Positions 23,969-37,218 are shown, counted from the first letter of the stretch. The stretch is DNA of 64,000 nt from Podarcis liolepis (GCA_965112155.1 OZ218114.1), one strand, 5' to 3'. Notes: a model not told the origin generated them from the letters alone. Made by a program: numbers and translations.

Positions 23969-24304
23969 AAAAGGTAAAGGGACCCGTGACCATTAGGTCC
24001 AGTTGTGGCCGACTCTGGGATTGCAGCGCTCAACTCACTTTATTGGCCGAGGGAGCTGGCGTACAGCTTCCGGGTCATGTGGCCAGCATGACTAAGTCGC
24101 TTCTGGTGAACCAGAGCAGCACACGGAAACACCTTTTACCTTCCCGTCAGAGCGGTACCTATTTATCTAATTGCACTTTGACGTGCCTTCGAACTGCTAG
24201 GTTGGCAGGGACTGAGCAACGGGAGCTCACCCCGTTGCGGGGATTCGAACCGCCAACCTTCTGATTGGCAAGTCCTAGGCTCTGTGGTTTAACCCACAGC
24301 GCCA
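23969..24304 (-). mobile_element. Sauria (Squam1) SINE inserted in a Harbinger-type MITE
   Basis: Same consensus as 5325-5675 and 54366-54716; it interrupts gagttgtta|gaagaccctattcccc. Confidence 0.9.
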
Positions 24305-24524
24305 GAAGACCCTATTCCCCTCCCAGAGCTACAATTCCCAGAGTTCCCTGTGAAGAGGGATTGATTATTAAACCACTCAGAATTGTAGCACTGTGAGGGG
24401 AATGGGGTCCCTTTACAACTCTCATCTCCCTCAGCAAACTACAGTTCCCAGGATACTTGGGGGGGCAAGATTGTTTAAATTTATATGAACCGCCCTGAAA
24501 CCTCTGGATATAGGGTGGTATATA

Positions 24525-24566
<42 letters not shown>
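24525..24566. repeat. (AAT)14 microsatellite, tail of a short L2-like 3' end
   Basis: Read directly; preceded by gaaccgccctgaaacctctggatatagggtggtatata. Confidence 0.93.
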
Positions 24567-24567
<1 letters not shown>

Positions 24568-24824
24568 GGTGTGATACTGCTTTAAATGTATAGTGCACGT
24601 GTGGTGGCACTAGGGAAGTATTGCAAAAAATAAAAATAAAAAATAAAGCAGAATGATGTGTGGACGACCCAATATAAATCCATCACAACATTGTGTCAAG
24701 AACATGTTGCAGAATATAATAGCAAAAACAACACAACACAACACAAAACACCAGTCTGGAGGGCACTCGGTCGTCAGCCCTCAAACTTCCCCTGAAATGT
24801 TGAGCTGTTTTTAAGCATCCTTAC

Positions 24825-24952
24825 CACACCCGAGCCCCGCTTCATCCAGACGATGGTCAGCGACGGGTTTCCAATCCAAGCACAGTTAAACACAGCGTCC
24901 GAGCCAAGGTCAACAAGAAGGGACTGTGGTTCCGTCATCATGCGTGGCCCAA
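24825..24952 (-). CDS. KIRREL3: KIRREL3 coding exon (approx. exon 9, first half of Ig4), 128 nt
   Basis: Acceptor tattatAG|TT and donor GTG|GTAAGG. Translates (F)[42 protein letters not shown], in frame with the previous exon (T+TT=Phe). Confidence 0.96.
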
Positions 24953-26213
24953 CTATAATAACAGATATGTCACAGAATAGGTATCTGCAGAATAGGACAG
25001 CAGCGGAACGATTCTTCATAGCAGGTAAGGGAAGGAAAAGGTGATAAGGGACCATGCAATCACCCAAGGGGAGACATAATACATGAATTAGATCTCTCCC
25101 TTGTTGTGGCTTTGAATTCTTGACTAGAGGAAGAAATGGAGGCTTGAAGCCTAATCCAGAGACATTTATTCCATCTCTTCCAAAGTAGCTTTGAACATAT
25201 GAACACATGAACTTCACAAAAACAGAAAATCATTCAGATAGGGTGACTAAGGCGTCACTTTCACAGTTCTGGAACTGTGGGTCCCTAGGAGTTACGAAAG
25301 AGTCCCAGGCTGTTGGCCTGAATGGCCATGGCAGTCTAGCCTGGAGCAGCCAACTTGCCACATGGGCAGGTGGTACATGCTGGGCATGGTCTGTGGTACA
25401 AAGGCACTGCCAAGCTACAATTCTGCCTGCCTCTCCAGTGCTGCATTAGTTCTGTGCACCCTGGCTCAACACACTGGGTACTGGGTAGGCATAGTAGACA
25501 AAATTGGATCAAAGCAGAGGGCAGGGGCGGAAAACTTCTGGCCTATGGGCCCCATTTGGCTCAGCAAGGTCATTTCCCCTGCCCACCTGCCCCACACCTG
25601 ACAGGATATGCCTTGCAGGTGTGAGGAAAGTAGAGATGAGGCTAGATTGGCTTCCTCATGGGGAAGAAGCTTTGCAGTCCCTTGCTCAGCACTGACAAGC
25701 ATAGGGCTGACCCCAAAGGCCTTGCAATGTGACTCCCAAGCACCTGGAAACCAGTCAGCTGGTGTGAGCTTGGGATGTGCAGTGCCAAGGACTTTGACAG
25801 GTAGGCAGGACAACCTGATGTCAGATGATTGACAGGTAGGTTGTCCCATCCACTTATTGAAGCTAGATTGCAGGGGTGGGGACAGATGAGGATCTGGTGC
25901 ATTGAGCCAAAAAGAGTCCCCACCCCTGTTGTAGAGGGTTGCATCTGTCCCATTCAGAGCACTTCATGGTGACTTGCTACTGTGCAGGACAAAGCTTTTC
26001 CACCTTTAGCACAAAAGGCTGATGTGTGCCTGGTTTTCCAGGTGAAGGTTAACTAAAACAACAGCTGGACCATTATTATTTAGGTCCTTTCTCTGGCTTC
26101 CTTTTTTACCACGGATGGATCGATTGTCCATCTCATTCCCTTAAGAAACTGCACTGTTATCATCCACAAGGCAACTCCCAAATGACGAAGGATTAGCCCT
26201 ATCACACAAACTC

Positions 26214-26427
26214 AGGAGTGTGGTGGAGTCTCCTTCTTTGGAGGTCTTTGGAGGCTTGACAACCGTATGTCAGGAGTGCTCTGATGGTGTTTCCTGCTTG
26301 GCAGGGGGTTGGACTCGATGGCCCTTGTGGTCTATTCCAACTCTATGATTCTATGATTCTATGATTCTATGATTCTATGATTCTATGATTCTATGATTCT
26401 ATGATTCTATGATTCTATGATTATATG
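26214..26427 (+). mobile_element. CR1 LINE 3' end with an expanded (ATTCTATG)n tail
   Basis: ggcagggggttggactcgatggcccttgtggtctattccaactctatg followed by 9 perfect ATTCTATG units (26348-26419). Near-identical in reverse complement to about 61437-61590. Confidence 0.9.
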
Positions 26428-26451
26428 GTCCAGCAGCTGAGCTGTACTTAC

Positions 26452-26600
26452 AATAGACATCGACTGTCCTGCTGATGTTGGTGCTGCCTAAAGCGTTGGT
26501 CACCTCGCAAGAGATTGGTTCAAAAAAATATGTATGGTCAACAATGGTCTCATAAGAGTCCCCCGATGCTTCCTTTATAATGTGTCCCTTTTTAGCCCAC
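26452..26600 (-). CDS. KIRREL3: KIRREL3 coding exon (approx. exon 8, second half of Ig3), 149 nt
   Basis: Acceptor ctttctgcAG|G and donor T|GTAAGT. Translates (R)[49 protein letters not shown](F), matching the remembered human KIRREL3 [50 protein letters not shown]. Confidence 0.96.
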
Positions 26601-27333
26601 CTGCAGAAAGACAACAAGGAGAAGAGCAGGGCTGTGTTATAAAGGCATTGCCACGTAAAACAGGTTTCACTGTACAAGGACCATACAGGGAAGGAGATGT
26701 CAAAAGAAAACCAAGTTAAGGACACAGGGATAAAAGTCCAATTCAGGCCACTCCCCTGATACGCAAGCACAGGTTGTGATGTTGCACTCCGTGTGAAACA
26801 CCATTGTGCAGAAGCTCCTCCAGCAAATTTCTCCATGCCACCAAATGCTGTTCATTTCTGGTGGCTTGCGGAGAGACGGATAAAAAATGCTGGATCAGCC
26901 GTCAGTCAGTCAATCACAGATTTGTTTAAACCCATGTCAACACAGAACTGCTGGTTCAGCATGGTGAGTCACTGCGTGCAAATTGCTTGCCCTTTATTTA
27001 TTTATTTTATTTAGTACATTCACCCCCACCTTTCATCTTTTTCCAAATGGCAGATTCAGGAATCTATGACAGCCTCCCATCCAGACCTTGACTTGCTTAG
27101 CTTTCACAAAGCAGATGCACTATGCACTCGCTGACCATGCCATAGAAACTCAACATGTGAAGCAGCCTTCATGTCCGTGGCATTATGAGTATCCCTCAAA
27201 GAGCACCTTTAATGGCCCTCTATGAAAAATAATCAAGGGATTGCCTCCTACTCCTCACAATTGTTGAATAACAGTAGCCCCATCCAAGAGGTCCCTCTCA
27301 TGTTTTCCCATCATGGGGGAGAGTGGGGGGGGG

Positions 27334-27469
27334 CAGGCATAGGCAAACTCGGCCCTCTAGATGTTTGGGGACTACAACTCCCATGATCCCTAGCTAACAG
27401 GACCAGTGGTCAGGGATGATAGGAATTGTAGTCCCAAAACATCTGGAGGGCTGAGTTTGCCTATGCCTG
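27334..27469. mobile_element. hAT MITE, 136 bp, same family as 7474-7609 in opposite orientation
   Basis: caggcataggcaaactc ... gagtttgcctatgcctg, with the central segment reverse-complemented relative to the first copy. Many older ggactacaactccc / gggagttgtagtcc relatives are scattered across the window. Confidence 0.85.
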
Positions 27470-30400
27470 GTGTGGGGGGTGCTTGCTGCTCCTACACCTG
27501 GCAACCCAGCCCCACCAGCATCCATGCACTGGGGCTAAATGCCTGAAGCAGGAAGCCAGCACTGCATGTAGAGGATCCTCAGGTGACTTAGAGCCCTGAT
27601 TGGTGCAGGGTTCTAAATGGTGCAGCCAGCCTCTAAAAGACTGGATCATCAGGAATGCAATGGAGGGGACAGAGGTCAGCAAGTGTGTCCTTCCTCTCCT
27701 GACACACATGATGGAAAACACCTGAGGGAGAATGTCTGGATAGGGATAGACAGTGCAGGGGTGCCAAGCCTTTTTCAGCCACATTCCCTTAAGGGCAACA
27801 TTGTGAGGGCCACATAACAGCAGTGGGCAGGACCAGAGGAAAATGGGTAGAGCAACAAATGGTCCCTTTGTATAGTAGGCTACTCTCCCCCCCCCCCGCC
27901 ATCTCCATCCAGACAAGCAGGAGGCATTGCAATAATTCAATGGCATTTTCCAGCTAGGCAAAAATGGTTGGAGTGCAAAGCAGGGTCAATAAGGGAGAGG
28001 GGCATGACCTGGAGAGACCAGGTCAGACAAAGAGAGGCAGACAAAGAAACTTGGAAGGTCGTGTTGGTCCCTGGCCTAGAGTTCCCTTCCCCTGGGCTCG
28101 TGAACCAGTGTGGTGCACTGGGTCAAAGTGTTGGGCATACAGCAGTCAGACTTGGGCTCCAATCCCTATTCATTCATGAAAGTCACTGGGTATCCTTAGG
28201 ACACTCATTTCCCTTGCTGCTTAACTCATATTATTGGGTTGCACTGAGAATGAAATGGGATAACCCCATGTGAGCATGGAAACCACCCCACATTGAGAAG
28301 CAGCAGCAAACCAAACCAAAAGTGAAAAAGGACTAAGAAACAAAGAAATAAGTTGTTGAAAGAAATTGCAATTGCTTGTGCTGTAGGCCAGGTGATGCAT
28401 GTAACGTGTAACGATTGCTCTTATATTGTATTTTTTTATAAGGGTTGGCCTACAGATAATGTAAATTAATGAACTGAACTTAATGAAACAGACCTTTTTA
28501 AAAAAGTATGCATTGCGTACTCGAGTCCAGTGTAACCCTTGGACATACGTGCTATTCTAAACCACTTGCATTCCAATCACATGTGGTCAACATCACCCAG
28601 ATTCTTCTGCTGGGGATATTTTACCACGACAAACACCTTTTTCTCAGCCACAGATGGCTGAATCCGCAGACAATGTGGAATTGGAATATATCAGCAGTAG
28701 AAGATTTTGCTAAACTATCTCCTGGGGTTGAGACCATCTGTAATGCAGATTCCAACTAAGTCATCCTAGGATGTTCATCCATCTCTGCTAACTGAACAAG
28801 TTCTCTTATAATTGACTCTTTCTTGACCTACTTATATAACCTGTTGTTTCTGGCAATGTAGCAGAAAGCCACCAACTGTTATTTGTTATCCAAAAAAATG
28901 TGTGAATGGGGAAGGGGGCCGAATTGCAGGGTTTTCACATTTAAAAAGAGCAGTTCCTAAAATAAACTGGGTGAGACCTCAGCTCAGGGGTAGCACATGT
29001 GATTTACATACAGAGAGAGAAAGACCCAATCTTCAGCCTTTTGTGATAAAAAGATCTCAGTGTGTAAGGCTGTGGGAGATGTGGAATAGAGGAGAAATTC
29101 ATTTGGTCCACATTGTAAAACAGAGTGACCTAATTTGTTGGTCCCAGGCTTATGCAGGGGCCAAGAAGCAGCTACCCATTGGATTATGCATCTTTCCTGA
29201 TTTTGCAAAACAACTCCAGTTAAAAATGTGTCCCCAAATGGATATTTTACGGGACAATTGCATTTTGTATAAACTGTGTGATTTGGGGGAAAGTGTGAAC
29301 AATTTAAATGTGATTTTTTTTTGGGGGGGGGTGTTTGTTGTGCATTTTTATAAACAATCCACAAAAGAAAGCATGGAACAGACCTACAATTGTGAAATTG
29401 ACCCCAGATAGAAATAGGTTGGTTCATCCATTCCTAGGGGAAAAAACCTCTGCTTGGGACATTGGAAGAAAAAGTCATAGATACAACATACACATGCTCA
29501 CTTCTCTCCATGTGCACAGATGTTTCATTTTCTGGAACCAACTTGCGGACATATGTTATCGCAACAAGAAATTTGTACATAAGAAGTCAGACAGACACCG
29601 TGACAATTGTAACTCTCACCACAAGTCGGCAGGAAAGCACACCCACTGACCTTCATAGCAGGTAAGTGCCTCAGGCTGTAACCGCACCATGCATTTAAAC
29701 CCGTATCATGCTACTTTAAACAGACACGGCTTCCCTCAAAGAATCCTGGGAACTGTAGTCTGTTAAAGGTGCTGAGAATGGTTAGGAAACCTTTATTTCC
29801 CTCACAGAGCTACAGCTCTTAAGCATTCTTTCTTCCCAGAGAATGAGTCCCTCTTCCTGGAGAACTCTTCGAATGGTAGCTTTGTGAGGAGAATAGGAAT
29901 CTCCTAACAACTCTCAGCACCCTTAAGAAACTACATTTCCCAGGTTTCTTTGGGGGAAGCCATGACTGTTTCAAGTGATACAATGCTGCTTTAAATGTAC
30001 AGTGCAGATGAGTCCTCAATGTCAAAGTTAAGACATGGGGTAGCATGTCTCTCTACGTCAGCGATGGTGAAACACTGACCTAGGGGCCAAATTAGGACTC
30101 CTGTTGGTTCTTAATTTCACCCAGGAGGCCATTTTCCTTCAGCCATGCCCCTCTTCCCCACATCGGTTGTCATATGACAGGCTGCAGAGAGTCTTAGAAT
30201 GCACTTGTGATTTTTCTACTGCAAGTCAGTGCCTTTTAAATTTGGTGCCAATAGAAAGTCCCACTGGGATGGGTTCAACTCAGGAGCTCCTGAATGGAGC
30301 CAACACCAGCCCAAAACTGGGTGTGCATTTGGCACTGAACTAACCCTCATTTCTGCAGCAATCTTTGCACCTGGGGCTTGAATTCAAGAACCTTCCTTCA

Positions 30401-31810
30401 CAGCTGCAAAGGAAAAATAAAAGCACCAGGAGTGCACTTCATGAATTGGGCCGGGAAACAAAGCAGTGCTATGTGTTCACGCCTTCTTGTTCCTGTGAAC
30501 TATCTATGTAGCTGCTGCCTTCTGCGCTAGCTGCCATTTCTGGACTGTCTCCAAAGGCAGCCCCATATACAGCACATTACAGTAGTCTAAGCTGGAGGCT
30601 ACCAGAGAATAGGCAGCTGAAGCCAGGCTATGTTCTGTATGAATCACAAATAAAGGGCCAGAGGCCAGAATAGAGATTCAGCAAGTGAATATGCACATTT
30701 ATAGCAGAAAGCAGTGCTCGTTTAATCATGATGCTTGCAACAGGGACAAACTGCAGGGTAGAAATGAGCCTAGCCATGCTTACCTGGATCCTGCCCTCAA
30801 ACATTCTATCAAGGGCTTTCGCTAATATGAGCACCTGGTGCTTAAATGCTCACAACACCCGTACAATGGATTCCAGCAGCTCCTGGTTGCAAACCTGGCT
30901 GATACCGACACACACATCCTCTAAATCACTGCTAAGCGTAGAACAAACAGGGGAGAATTCTGCCAGTCATGATGATTATTGGACAGGCTGAGCTTCCAGG
31001 CTCATAAAAGCAAGAAGACCCGTAGCCAGCCCCAAAGCGCCTGGGAAAATCCAGTCCAAGGTTTGCCAGTTCATGCACTCAGGTCTGTCAACATCAAAAC
31101 ACACAGTTCAGTTCCCCTGGGCTCCCCCCTCCTCCTTTTTTTAATCAAAGGGAACTTTATCCCTTTAAGGCAGTTGAAATAACATTATACTAGAAAGCCA
31201 AGCTGGCATTTGAAACATTGCAATGTGAAAATTGTCTTTTGAGGACAAGCTGTCAACTCAGCACTTAAATTAAACTGCTGTTTACCAAACAATAAGCAAA
31301 TGTGACCTAATGGGGCACCATCTGGCATCCTGCCACACTGGGGATGTCAGAGATGGATAGATGGAGGAACTGACAGTATACGAGAGATTAGATTAAGATG
31401 ATCTGGGGGACAGGTGGGTGCGGGGCAGAAACCTAAAAAACATGGTGGCATCTGCAATCAATAATAATAATAATAATAATATGGATGCCACTTTTCTACA
31501 TAATGTGCCTAAAGTAGCTCACAACACAAGAGGAACACCACATTACCAATACATCATTACAACACCAGATTAATGTACGATACATCAATGAATAATTCAT
31601 TTCGACAATATGGGTGTCGTAAGATTTTGAGTTTAGTACAAAGTAAACTATCAGTCATATAAAAATCAACTGCCAATCTAACTTCATAAGTATCTGCTGG
31701 CTGAAACTCATCACTCAGTAACTTTTGTCTTATGGAAGACGACGACATGGTTCAATTAGGCCTGATACCCAAAGCAGCATGCATTAAGAGGCAGCACTGG
31801 TGGAGCACTG

Positions 31811-31812
<2 letters not shown>

Positions 31813-31852
<40 letters not shown>
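31813..31852. repeat. (AC)20 microsatellite
   Basis: Read directly from the sequence. Confidence 0.97.
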
Positions 31853-31857
<5 letters not shown>

Positions 31858-33095
31858 CACTGCTATCTGTGGGTCATAATCAGAAATGCAAATATCTAGC
31901 ACAAGGCAGGATAGTGCATCACACATAGTTTCTTCCTGTTACATAAAGATGTAACCACATGAAGAAGGAGGGGAGAGGCACCTCCTGTCCTGACTCTTTG
32001 CCCCTGCAAACCCATCAGTGTAGCTAAGCTTTGAGCAATGGAACTGGAGCGTATTAAACCGACTTACTGTTGCTAAAAGCAATGTTTATTTATTAAGGAC
32101 ATTTTAAACCTGACTTCATCGATTGATCTCAGGGCAGGTTTACAAAACCACTTAAAAAATTTAAAACAATAAAAACCATCATCATAACAAAGTAACAGCA
32201 GTTAAAAATATAAAATTAAACTTCCAAACACACTGATTAGAGCAGTGGGCTAACATCCCAGAAATGCCCAGGGAAACAGGGAGGTTTTAACCTGGAGTTG
32301 AAACACCATACTTTCAGGGGGAGGGCACTCCATAATCAAGGGGCCACCATGGAGAAGTCCCAACTGGTGCTGGAAGGAAATGCACTGTGTTTGAGACTAG
32401 TTTCACACTTTATAGGGGTGCCAATTTGAATAAAATATTGTGGGGGGCCAATGTAAGCCCCGCCCCAGAGTGCACCCCCCTTTTGAATGGGAATGCTAAT
32501 CGCGGCCCCTAGGAGTTGGCTCCTATGACGTTTGATGTATCAACTATGGCATACTGATGTTATTTGCAGCAAACACAGTAAGGGGAATGATACATGGTTG
32601 TTCTTATAACATGTGAGTGGTCCAACAAAGGTACCCGGGTTCTGATCGCATTGTTCCAACTGGTTAAAAAAAACCTGTTTTGATTGTCATGTTTCTTTCT
32701 TTTCTTTCTTTCTTTTTTACAACCAGCTTGTTTTATTATATATTTTAATTAAGGATATTTCAATGCCCTGATGGTGTTGTTATTGTCCATGTCGGCAGTG
32801 TCATTTTTGCCTATTTCCCTCAGAAATAGCCCAACAATTTTGGGGAAGAAGAAGCGCAACAACTTTTCTGGCCGGATTTTCACTTTTTGAACAGTGGCAA
32901 CCCTAGCTTAGAAGCCATTTGGGCATATAAGTGGTATACAAATAAGTAAATAAAAATTGTACAGAGGTAGTTAAGTACATACACACCTGTCATTCCTCTG
33001 TTACAAGAGGAGTAACAGTACAAGGCAAGAGTGTAACAGTACTATACATAATTATCACATGAAGTGTGGATTCCCTGTTAGAATCAGGGTGTGGG

Positions 33096-33282
33096 CAATG
33101 GCGGAAGAAGGGGTGTGTGGTGGGTGCGGTTTGTCCTGGGTGTCATCCCTGAGGGGATGACATCCCCGTCCCGATCCCCCTGGATGCTCACCGTGGGCGG
33201 CACCCCCTTGGGATGCTAGCTCCGCCCCTGGGTGCACAGCATGTGACCTGTCTGGGTGCTGGAGCAGCGAGTTCCGCCTCTG
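33096..33282. mobile_element. GC-rich hAT-type MITE related to 7626-7940
   Basis: Perfect 8-bp TSD ggtgtggg (33088-33095, 33283-33290). The ends caatggcggaagaagggg and ggtgctggagcagcgagttccgcctctg resemble those of 7626-7940. Confidence 0.75.
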
Positions 33283-33469
33283 GGTGTGGGGCCGGCTTTA
33301 GGGTTTGCCGAGCTTGGCATTTATCTTGGGCACCAAGCTGGGAGGGCCACCAACCTAAGCCTAGTGGCTCAATGTTCGGTGAGTCTACTGAATGAAGTGA
33401 GCTGCAGGTGGTGGGAAGAGGAGAGGGGAGGGGAGGAAAAGCCACTTCTGCCCTGCAGAGGAGGTGGGA

Positions 33470-33864
33470 TTGTGGGCGTATTGGTATTGTTTTGTAGAAG
33501 GAAGAGGGGAGGAAGCGCCATCACCTGCCCCGCATATTGAAGGGTAGTCCGATAAAGGATTCTGTGGCGCGTGGCCCTGTCCGAAGCCTATGGAGGTGAG
33601 GGCCTAAGGCACGCCCCCCCAGCGGTGACCCCGGGGGAGTTCCTAGTAGTTGATGTGCAGCAGCAGGACTCCCCCTATTGGTGGTTAACCCTTTCCGGAT
33701 TTCAAGCGGACAGGCTGAAGCCGGATAGTCTGTTAGGACCAATGCCTAAGCCAATACCGCTCATCACCTGTAACCAGTAAAGTTGTGGCCATATTTAGCC
33801 CATTAACCTTAAATAATTGTGTCATGTGTCTTTATTTCCACCGGGGGGGGGGACTCACCACGCA
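33470..33864 (+). mobile_element. Terminal-repeat fragment of a DIRS/Ngaro-like or LTR retroelement
   Basis: CpG-rich. Shares tggtggttaaccctt, ccaatgcctaagccaatacc and taaagttgtggcc..ttagcccattaacct..tgtgtc with 39010-39263. Family assignment is by recall and the left boundary is approximate. Confidence 0.5.
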
Positions 33865-35321
33865 AGGGAAAGAAGGGAAAGGAAAGAACTAGCAGCAATT
33901 CTCAACACACTCCACACACACCCCGCCCCAGTTGTTTGAGTACTAACTCTGAAATAAATTTCCATCAATTAGCTTTTAAAGTACGCTTCCCTTTCAGTCT
34001 CTAGTTTGATGTCATTTGTTCCAGATAAAAATCAGCGGAATGCAGCTTCACTTTGAGGTGACATTATGAAGCCCTAAGCACTACAAATGTGAGCGCTATA
34101 AATAGGAATAATAATATTAACCTGTGAGCGGAAAGGGGTCAGTTTCAAATGTCGACAGCTTATTTATTCGTTTGTTTGTAACTTTCCTTTGTGTTTGCGC
34201 CTTTTTAAAAAAGAATGAATGCCTCACCCCGAAACGGAGCAGGAGAGCAGGGGTGGCAATGCAGCAAAAGAATGAAAGGAAACTCCGTCACCGTTGCTGG
34301 GAAAGCGGAGTTGAATCTGCTAGCAAGGCAAGGGCTTTCGCAGTCCTGCAGAAGCCATACAACATGGCAACACTGCAACCCCGTCTAACAGAAGATATGC
34401 CGGAGGGACTCTGCATCCGCCATCCAGGCAAGCAAGAGACCTTGCCAGAGTTCAAGGACACATTCCAGCTAGGCAAGAACTGCTGGGGTGCAAAGCAGGG
34501 CTGGTGATGAACATGGCCTGGGGTGAGTTCTGAGGCCCAGCCAGAAAGGCCTGGAGGGCCATGTGTCCCTAGGCTAGCAGGGTAGTAAGGCACATGCCTT
34601 GTAGGCAGGGGATTCCTGATCCAATCCCTGGTATCTCTGGTTAGGGCGCTCAAAGGAAACGTGCTGTGAAAGACCTCTGCCTAAGATCATAGAGAAGTGC
34701 TGTCAGTCAGATCAGAGCAGGGGTGGGAAATCTGTGGGCCTTCAGAAGTTGGTAGACATTGTTAAGACTCCAGCTCCCATCAGTTCCAGCCAGCCTGGCC
34801 ACTGATCAAGGGTGAAGGGAGCTGAAGGCCACCAGTTCTCCAGAGTTGGAAGTAGACAATACTGGGCCAGATGGACAAATAGTTTGACCTGGAGGGCCCT
34901 GTAGCTTTCTCCATTATGAATAACAATTGAAGGGACAGAGGAATAAAAGAGAGACACAACAGAGAAATCTTCATGTTTATTTCAGAAAGTGAGGCTCAAT
35001 TGGTGGTGCTCAATAGACCAGGGATGGGGACCTCTGGCCCACCAGATGTTGCTGGACTCCAGTAGTCATAAGCCCTATTCAGCATGACCTAGCCAGGGTT
35101 GATGAAATTGTAGCCCAGGAGTATCCGAAGGACAACAATTAGCCACCCCTGCTAGTGAGCCTTCCCCTAACCCAGATCTGCCCTTAACTGAATTCAGTTT
35201 AGACTTGGTTTTTTGGCACTTGGATGTAATTATGATCCACTGCTCTGGTCTAATGCTGCCATTCTAACTCTAACTCCAACCATGCCCACTTCTAGATGCA
35301 TGATGCACCCAATTCCTACAG

Positions 35322-35624
35322 TCATCTTGCTTTCAGGCCGGGGGAGCCTGCGTTTGTCCACAGACAGCTTTCTGGGTCATATGGCCAGCATGACTAAACC
35401 GCTTCTGGTGCAACAGAGCACCGTGACATTTACACAGCATGGGTGGCACTGTGGTCTAGACCAATGAGCCTCTTGGGCTTGCCAATCAGAAGTTCAGCTG
35501 TTTGAATTCACACAATGGGTTGAGCTAACATTGCTCTGACCCAGTTTCTGCCAACCTAGCAGTTCGAAAGCATGCCAGGGCAAGTAGATAAATAGGTACT
35601 GCTGTGGCAGGAAAGTAAACAGCG
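35322..35624. mobile_element. Rearranged Sauria SINE (3' part on minus 35322-35427, 5' part on plus 35438-35624)
   Basis: Both parts match non-overlapping, nearly contiguous halves of the Sauria consensus seen elsewhere in the window. Confidence 0.78.
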
Positions 35625-37218
35625 ATAACAAAATGGTGCACTGCTGTCCCCTGCTCCTGGACCTGCACAGCCACCCCACCCCCCCCCCCCAGTTTGTCAA
35701 AAAGGCTAGAGTCTGAGGCCTGTGATCTGTATGCACATATACTTGGCTTGTGCAAATGCCCTCTCTCAACAGTGTTTCTGACCATAAGGAGAGAGACTGT
35801 CCAAAAGCATGCAGAAGAACAAGTCTTGCTGAAGCAGAGCCAGAATGGCTTTTGCAAAGGTAAGTCCCTTTCACAGCAACAAGCATATAGATGGAGGTGA
35901 TGCATATGACATTGCGTACTTAAGACTTTTAAAAAGCCTCTGACAGTGCTGCCTCAAAACTCTGGAGTAAGTAAGCTTAGCAGTCGTGGAACAAGAGAGG
36001 CAGAATGGGAATAAATGGAGAATTCTCCCAATGAGCAGATGTAGAAAGTGGAGTGTCCACCCACCAAAGAAAAAAACAGAACTTGCACTTTTTAACTTGT
36101 TACTTCTTAAGCTGTAGCCCTATCTGATGCTGATGGGAAGCCTGCAAGCAGAAACCGACTGCAATAGCACACCTTGCCCTTGTGATTCCCAGCAACTGGC
36201 ATGCAAAAGTATACTGTCTCTGATGGGTAGAACATAGCCATTATTCAGCGCACACAAAGCCCAAGAATGCATGCAGGTTAGCAGTGGTGGTTGGTGCCCA
36301 TTAGGACTGGTGGGTCGAGAGGCAGGGAGACAGAGCCATTGACAGCAATAGCCACCTAATCCTAGCTTGGTCCCCAACTTCCTCTCTGCTCAGTTCTACC
36401 AAAGCAACACTAAAAGAAGCTGGTAGGCAATGGTATCCTCTGGACTGGTTGTGGGCAAAGAGGCAGGGTAATGGGGGCTGATAGAGTAAACTGAAGTTGG
36501 TGGGGCAGTTCCCAATTTGTCCCAATGGATCAGCCCTCACTGCAGGTCAGGAGCAGGAACAGTGGGGTGTGATCCTGGTTCTCCACCTGCACAGCTTCAG
36601 CCTGTGTCTCTGACAATGTGAAAAGGGGTTGCAGAAGACCTGAGCTACCAATGGGGAAGGGAAGCGAGAGCCGCCAGATCCGGACTACTGCCAATCCTGT
36701 GGTTAAAAGTCCAAATCCGAAGGGTGGGGGGCTGGGGGGGTGGGTTGAACAGCAGGGCTCTGCACTCCAACTGATGACACGAGCTTTTCAAAAGAGATAT
36801 ATTAACGGTACAGATGTGAGCTCAATTTGTATGCATTTATCTCCTTTCTTCACTCATTTATCTTCACGCCTCCAACAGATGCTGACTAGCCATTTCAGCT
36901 TCTCCCCCCTGCTGGGTGATTGGGGTGTGCATAGAAGTAAATCAGCTCCCTCTCCGCCTCCCCCCTCCCCCGCTTCTTCCTTTAATAATTAATCCAGTGA
37001 CTTTGCTTTTATTTTTGGCCTTGCATTCAACAAGCTCATGAGAGAAGCACTTTTTTGTGCTTTGAATGCCGCTCTCCTCGTCCTTGCTGTAAACCGGAGT
37101 GTCTACCTAAGTTTGGAATACTATGCATTCCCCACTTCCCTGAGAGGTGAGGCATTGCCAAGGTTTTTTAAACAATGGCAACAGCATCAACAACAACCCA
37201 CTCAATTAAAAATAAATA

